From assembly GCA_030390025.1 (NCBI GenBank), contig JASTWF010000321.1:372001-436000 (forward strand): a stretch of DNA of 64,000 nt, written 5' to 3'. The translations under genes and the position numbers were made by a program. Positions 60,140-64,000 of the stretch are shown piece by piece. This DNA is from Squalus acanthias. Taxonomy: Eukaryota. Each line of letters begins with the position of its first letter. Position 1 is the first letter of the stretch. Below the pieces are notes generated by a model. It saw only the letters and a program-made list of their open reading frames with translations, had not been told where the DNA came from and made no database searches.

Positions 60140-63100
60140 CTTTGTATCTCACTCATGCTGTACCTGCCTTGGGAGTGTTTGATGGGATAGTGTAGAGGGA
60201 GCTTTACTCTGTATCGAACCGTGTTGCAGCTGGCCTGGGAGTGTTTGATAGGACAGTGTAGAGGGAGCTTTACTCTGTATCTACTCATGCTGTACCTGCC
60301 CTAGGAGTGTTTGATGGGATAGTGTAAAGAAAGACTTGCATTTACATAGCGCCTTTCACGACCACCGGATATCTGAAAGCTCTTTACAGCCAATGAAGTA
60401 CTTTTGAAGTGGAGTCACTGTTGTAATGTGGGAAAACGCGGCACAGCAAGCTCCCACAAACAGCAATGTAAAAATGACCAGATAATCTGTTTTTGTTACG
60501 TTGGTTGAGGGAGAAATATTAGCCACGACACCGGGGATAACTCCCCTACTCTTTTTCAAAACAGTGCCATGGGATCTTTTACGTCCACCGGAGAGCAGAC
60601 AGGGCCTCGGTTTAACGTCTCACCTGAAAGACTGCACCTCCGACAGTGCAGCACTCCCTCAGTACTGCACTGGAGTGTCAACCTAGCTTTATGTGCGCAA
60701 GTTCCTGGAGTGGGACTTGAACCCACAACCTCCTAACTCAGAGGCGAGTGTGCTACCAACTGAGCCACAGCTGACACTGTAGGGGAGCTTTACTCTGTAT
60801 CTAACCCGTGCTGTAGCTGGCCTTGGAGTGTTTGAAGGGACAGTGTAGAGGGAGCTTTACTCTGTATCTAACCCATGCTGTACCAGGCCTGGGAGTGTTT
60901 GATGGGCTAGTACAGAGGGAGCTTTACCCCATTATTACCCATGATGCACCCTCCAATTAATGCTCCGATGGTCCCTCTCTTTGATACCCTGAAGATCCCT
61001 CCACTTATTGCTTCTGACACTATTCCTGTTACAGGGAATAGACTTGTTTCGGAGCACAAAGGAGGTTGTGATATCCTTGCCTCATCCCAAACACCATTTC
61101 CACAAACTGCCTCTCTGTTTGTTTCCTGGCTCCTTTGTGATGTCACCTGGAGACAGGTTTACGCCCCTGGTTACACAGCATCAGTGGGAGTCACTGTGGG
61201 AGGAGCTGGACTTGGCAGCTAACACTGTGAGTGTGTTTAGTCCCTATAAATTTAATATTAAGGTAAGTAATTCAACCAAATGTCATACAGTCATAGTATG
61301 GTTACAGTACAGAAGGAGGCCATTCAGCCCATCGAGCCTGTCCCACTCCCTCGCCCTTTCCCCTAGCTTGCAAATTTTTTCCTTCAGATACTTATCCAAT
61401 TCCCTTTTGAAAGACATTAATTACAAATATATTCACATTAAATATAATCATAGTAACAAAAATAGTCCAATTGTATTCCACTTAAATTCTAGAATTAATA
61501 TTCATTTTTAGATTCGAAGATTCTTGGCATGAACAGTATCTCTGGAAGGTGGAGAGAGAGGAGTCGAATCATCGTCACACTTACTGGGACTGGAAAAGGT
61601 CGCTGGATTCACAGAGAAGATCTGGTGGGAACAAGAACCCCAGAGGTGAGAGTCTAACCAGCTGCTGGGAGCTGTCTGACAGCTGCCATAAGGCTCAGCC
61701 TTTGATGCGACAAGTTGACCTGAATTTAACTCGAATGTAAAGCTAGCCAATACCTCACCTGGGAGTGCTTGACACTTACATGTAGAGGAAGTTTTATTCT
61801 GTGTTCTTACAGTGCAGTACCTGAGCTGGTGTGCTTCATTGGATAGTTTCAGAGGAGCTGCACGTAGCAGTTAACACATGCTGGATCTGAGTTGGCTGTG
61901 TTTGGTGAACCAATTTAGAGAGAGCTTCACTCTGTATCTAACCCGTGCTCAGCCTGCCCTGGGAGTGTTTCATGGGAAAGTGTAGATGGAGCATTACTCA
62001 CTATACAACCACATGCTGTACCTGCTCTGGGAGTGTTTGATGGGATAGTGTAGATGGAGCTTTCCTCTGTATCTAACTCATGCTGCACCTGCCCCTGGGA
62101 GTGTTTGATGGGATAGTGTAGATCAAGCTTTACTCTGTATCTAACCCATGCTCTGCCTGCCCAGGGAGTGTTTGATCAGACAGTGTAGAGGGAGCTATAC
62201 TCTGTACCTAAACTGTGCTTTACCTGGCCTGGGAGTGTCTTATGGGATAGTACAGAGGGAGCTTTACCCCATTATTGTCCATGATGCACCCTCCAAGTAA
62301 TCCTTTGATGATCCCACCACTTGATACCCCTGAAGATCCCTCCACTTATTGCCTATGACGCCCTTCCTGTTACAGGGAATAGACTTGTTTCAGAGCACAA
62401 AGGAGGTTGTAATATCATTGCCCCATCCCAAACACCATTCCCACAAACTGCCTCACTCTGCCAAAGCAGGAGGGAGACACACTGGCTGATATAAAGAGAA
62501 GGGATACTTTCTGGTGTACAAAGCAAGAGGTAGACATGGGGGCCATTGAATAGTGGGACCTCACATTTGGAAGATGGGAGGGATAATTTATCAGTGGTAA
62601 TTTTGGGAGTCTGTGCTCCCTGCTTGGAGTCTTTGTACATGGGATTGGGTTGGAGACGGGACTGTTTGTACAACCTGCGTTCATGCCCAGTGAGACTGCA
62701 CACCAGGAGCACAGCCTGGTCATGTGACCCTGTAATACCTTGAGTGGGAGGGGCTTGGGCTGCTTTTTGACATGTTTCCTGGCTCCTTCGGGTTTACGCC
62801 CCTGGTTACACAGCATCAGTGGGAGTCACTGTGAGAGGAGCTGGACTTGGCAGCTGACACTGCCAGTGAGTTTAGTCCTTATAAATAGGGGAAATAATAG
62901 AACAATTTAATATTAAGGTAAGTAATTCAACCAAATGTCATTAATTACAAACATATTCAAAGTAAATATAATCATAGTCACAAAAATAGACCGAATGTAT
63001 TCCAATTACAGATTCTAGAATTAATATTAATTTTTATATTAAATGTTTCATGTAGTGAAGAGTATCTCAGGAGGGTGGGAGAGAGTGGAGCCGAACCATC

Positions 63101-63690
63101 ATCACACTAACTGGGACTGGAGAAATGTCGCTGGATTCACAGAGCAGATCTGGTGGGACCAAGACCCTCAATGTCAAAGACGGGATGAAACAAGAAGCCC
63201 CAAGAATGATTGTAAAGGTGAGGAACTTTACTGAGGATCCCATCAGTCCAGGATTTTGCCAAGGTGAGAGTCTAACCATCTACTGGGTGCTTCTTCGACA
63301 AATGCCATAAGGGACTGCCTTTGATGCGACTAGTACAACAGAGCTCAACTTGTCTGTAAAGCTAGCCCATACCTGGGACTGCTTGACACTTACATGTAGT
63401 GGGATTTTTATTCTAAGTTCATCCCATGCTGTACCTGAGCTGTTGTGCTTCATTGGGTAGTGTCAGAGGAGCTGTACGCTGAATTTAAAACATGCTGGAT
63501 CTGAGTTGGCTGTGTGTGATCAACCAATTTAGAGAGAGCTTTACACTTCATCTAAGTTGTACTGTACCTGGCCTGGGAGTGTTAGATGGTAATGTAAAGT
63601 GGGAGGCTTTACTCTGTATCTAAGCAGCGCTATACCAGGCCTGGGAGTGTTTAATGGGACACTGTAGAAGGAACTTTACTCTATATCTAA
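60140..63690. repeat. Degenerate ~60-bp satellite clusters (CTGTACCTGCCCTGGGAGTGTTTGATGGGATAGTGTAGAGGGAGCTTTACTCTGTATCTAACCCATG-like) within a local duplication
   Basis: Units at 60140-60327, 60775-60930, 61750-62270 and 63370-63690; intervening DNA duplicated. Confidence 0.8.
60330..60777 (-). mobile_element. SacSINE1-like SINE inserted in the satellite
   Basis: Reverse complement of the 9352-9812 type, head to tail. Confidence 0.8.
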
Positions 63691-64000
63691 CTGAGACTGA
63701 CTGATTGACTTTCTTTCATATACCCAGCATGGGCTTGAACTCAGATACTTTCCGCATACTCACAGAGATCAGCGCGAGAGCACAAAACATCCCAAACACA
63801 GGAGCTGACCCTGAGATGGTGCGACACTATCTCTGCAGCTACATTAGCAACCTTTAGAGATGAACCCCTGTCCGCGCCCATCCTACTTTATCATTTTCTT
63901 GTGGTTACAGTTGGAATATTGCAGGTGTGTGACGTCAAGCCTAAGGAATTTCCCACCTTTGACCTCTTCAATTATTTTATTTCAGCTCAGCTTTGAAGAC

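Overview
Repeat-rich vertebrate genomic DNA, almost certainly from a shark: it carries HE1/V-SINE and SacSINE1-like SINEs, many CR1 and L2 LINEs, Harbinger remnants and a ~60-bp satellite. The only recognisable host gene is fibulin-7 (FBLN7-like) on the minus strand, with three intact EGF-region exons (11329-11454, 8149-8277, 5942-6079). No clear sushi exon was found. The most interesting object is an LTR element at 16653-28522. It has ~1.65-kb LTRs, a perfect tRNA-Arg(UCG) primer-binding site and a gag gene ending in UGA-CUAG plus a stem-loop. The in-frame ORF after that stop is non-enzymatic and sits where pol should be; there is no protease, RT or integrase. It is followed by an intact 783-aa env that joins an Ig-like domain to a class I fusion protein of the paramyxo/pneumovirus F type (lokiretrovirus-like). 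The 3' LTR is interrupted by a CR1 fragment and an inverted solo LTR. The window also holds a coding-intact young CR1 whose ORF1/ORF2 junction has a correctly phased U_UUA_AAC -1 frameshift heptamer, a 7.7-kb G-rich 32-bp minisatellite, and local segmental duplications. Homology calls come from motif recognition, not database searches, and repeat boundaries are approximate.
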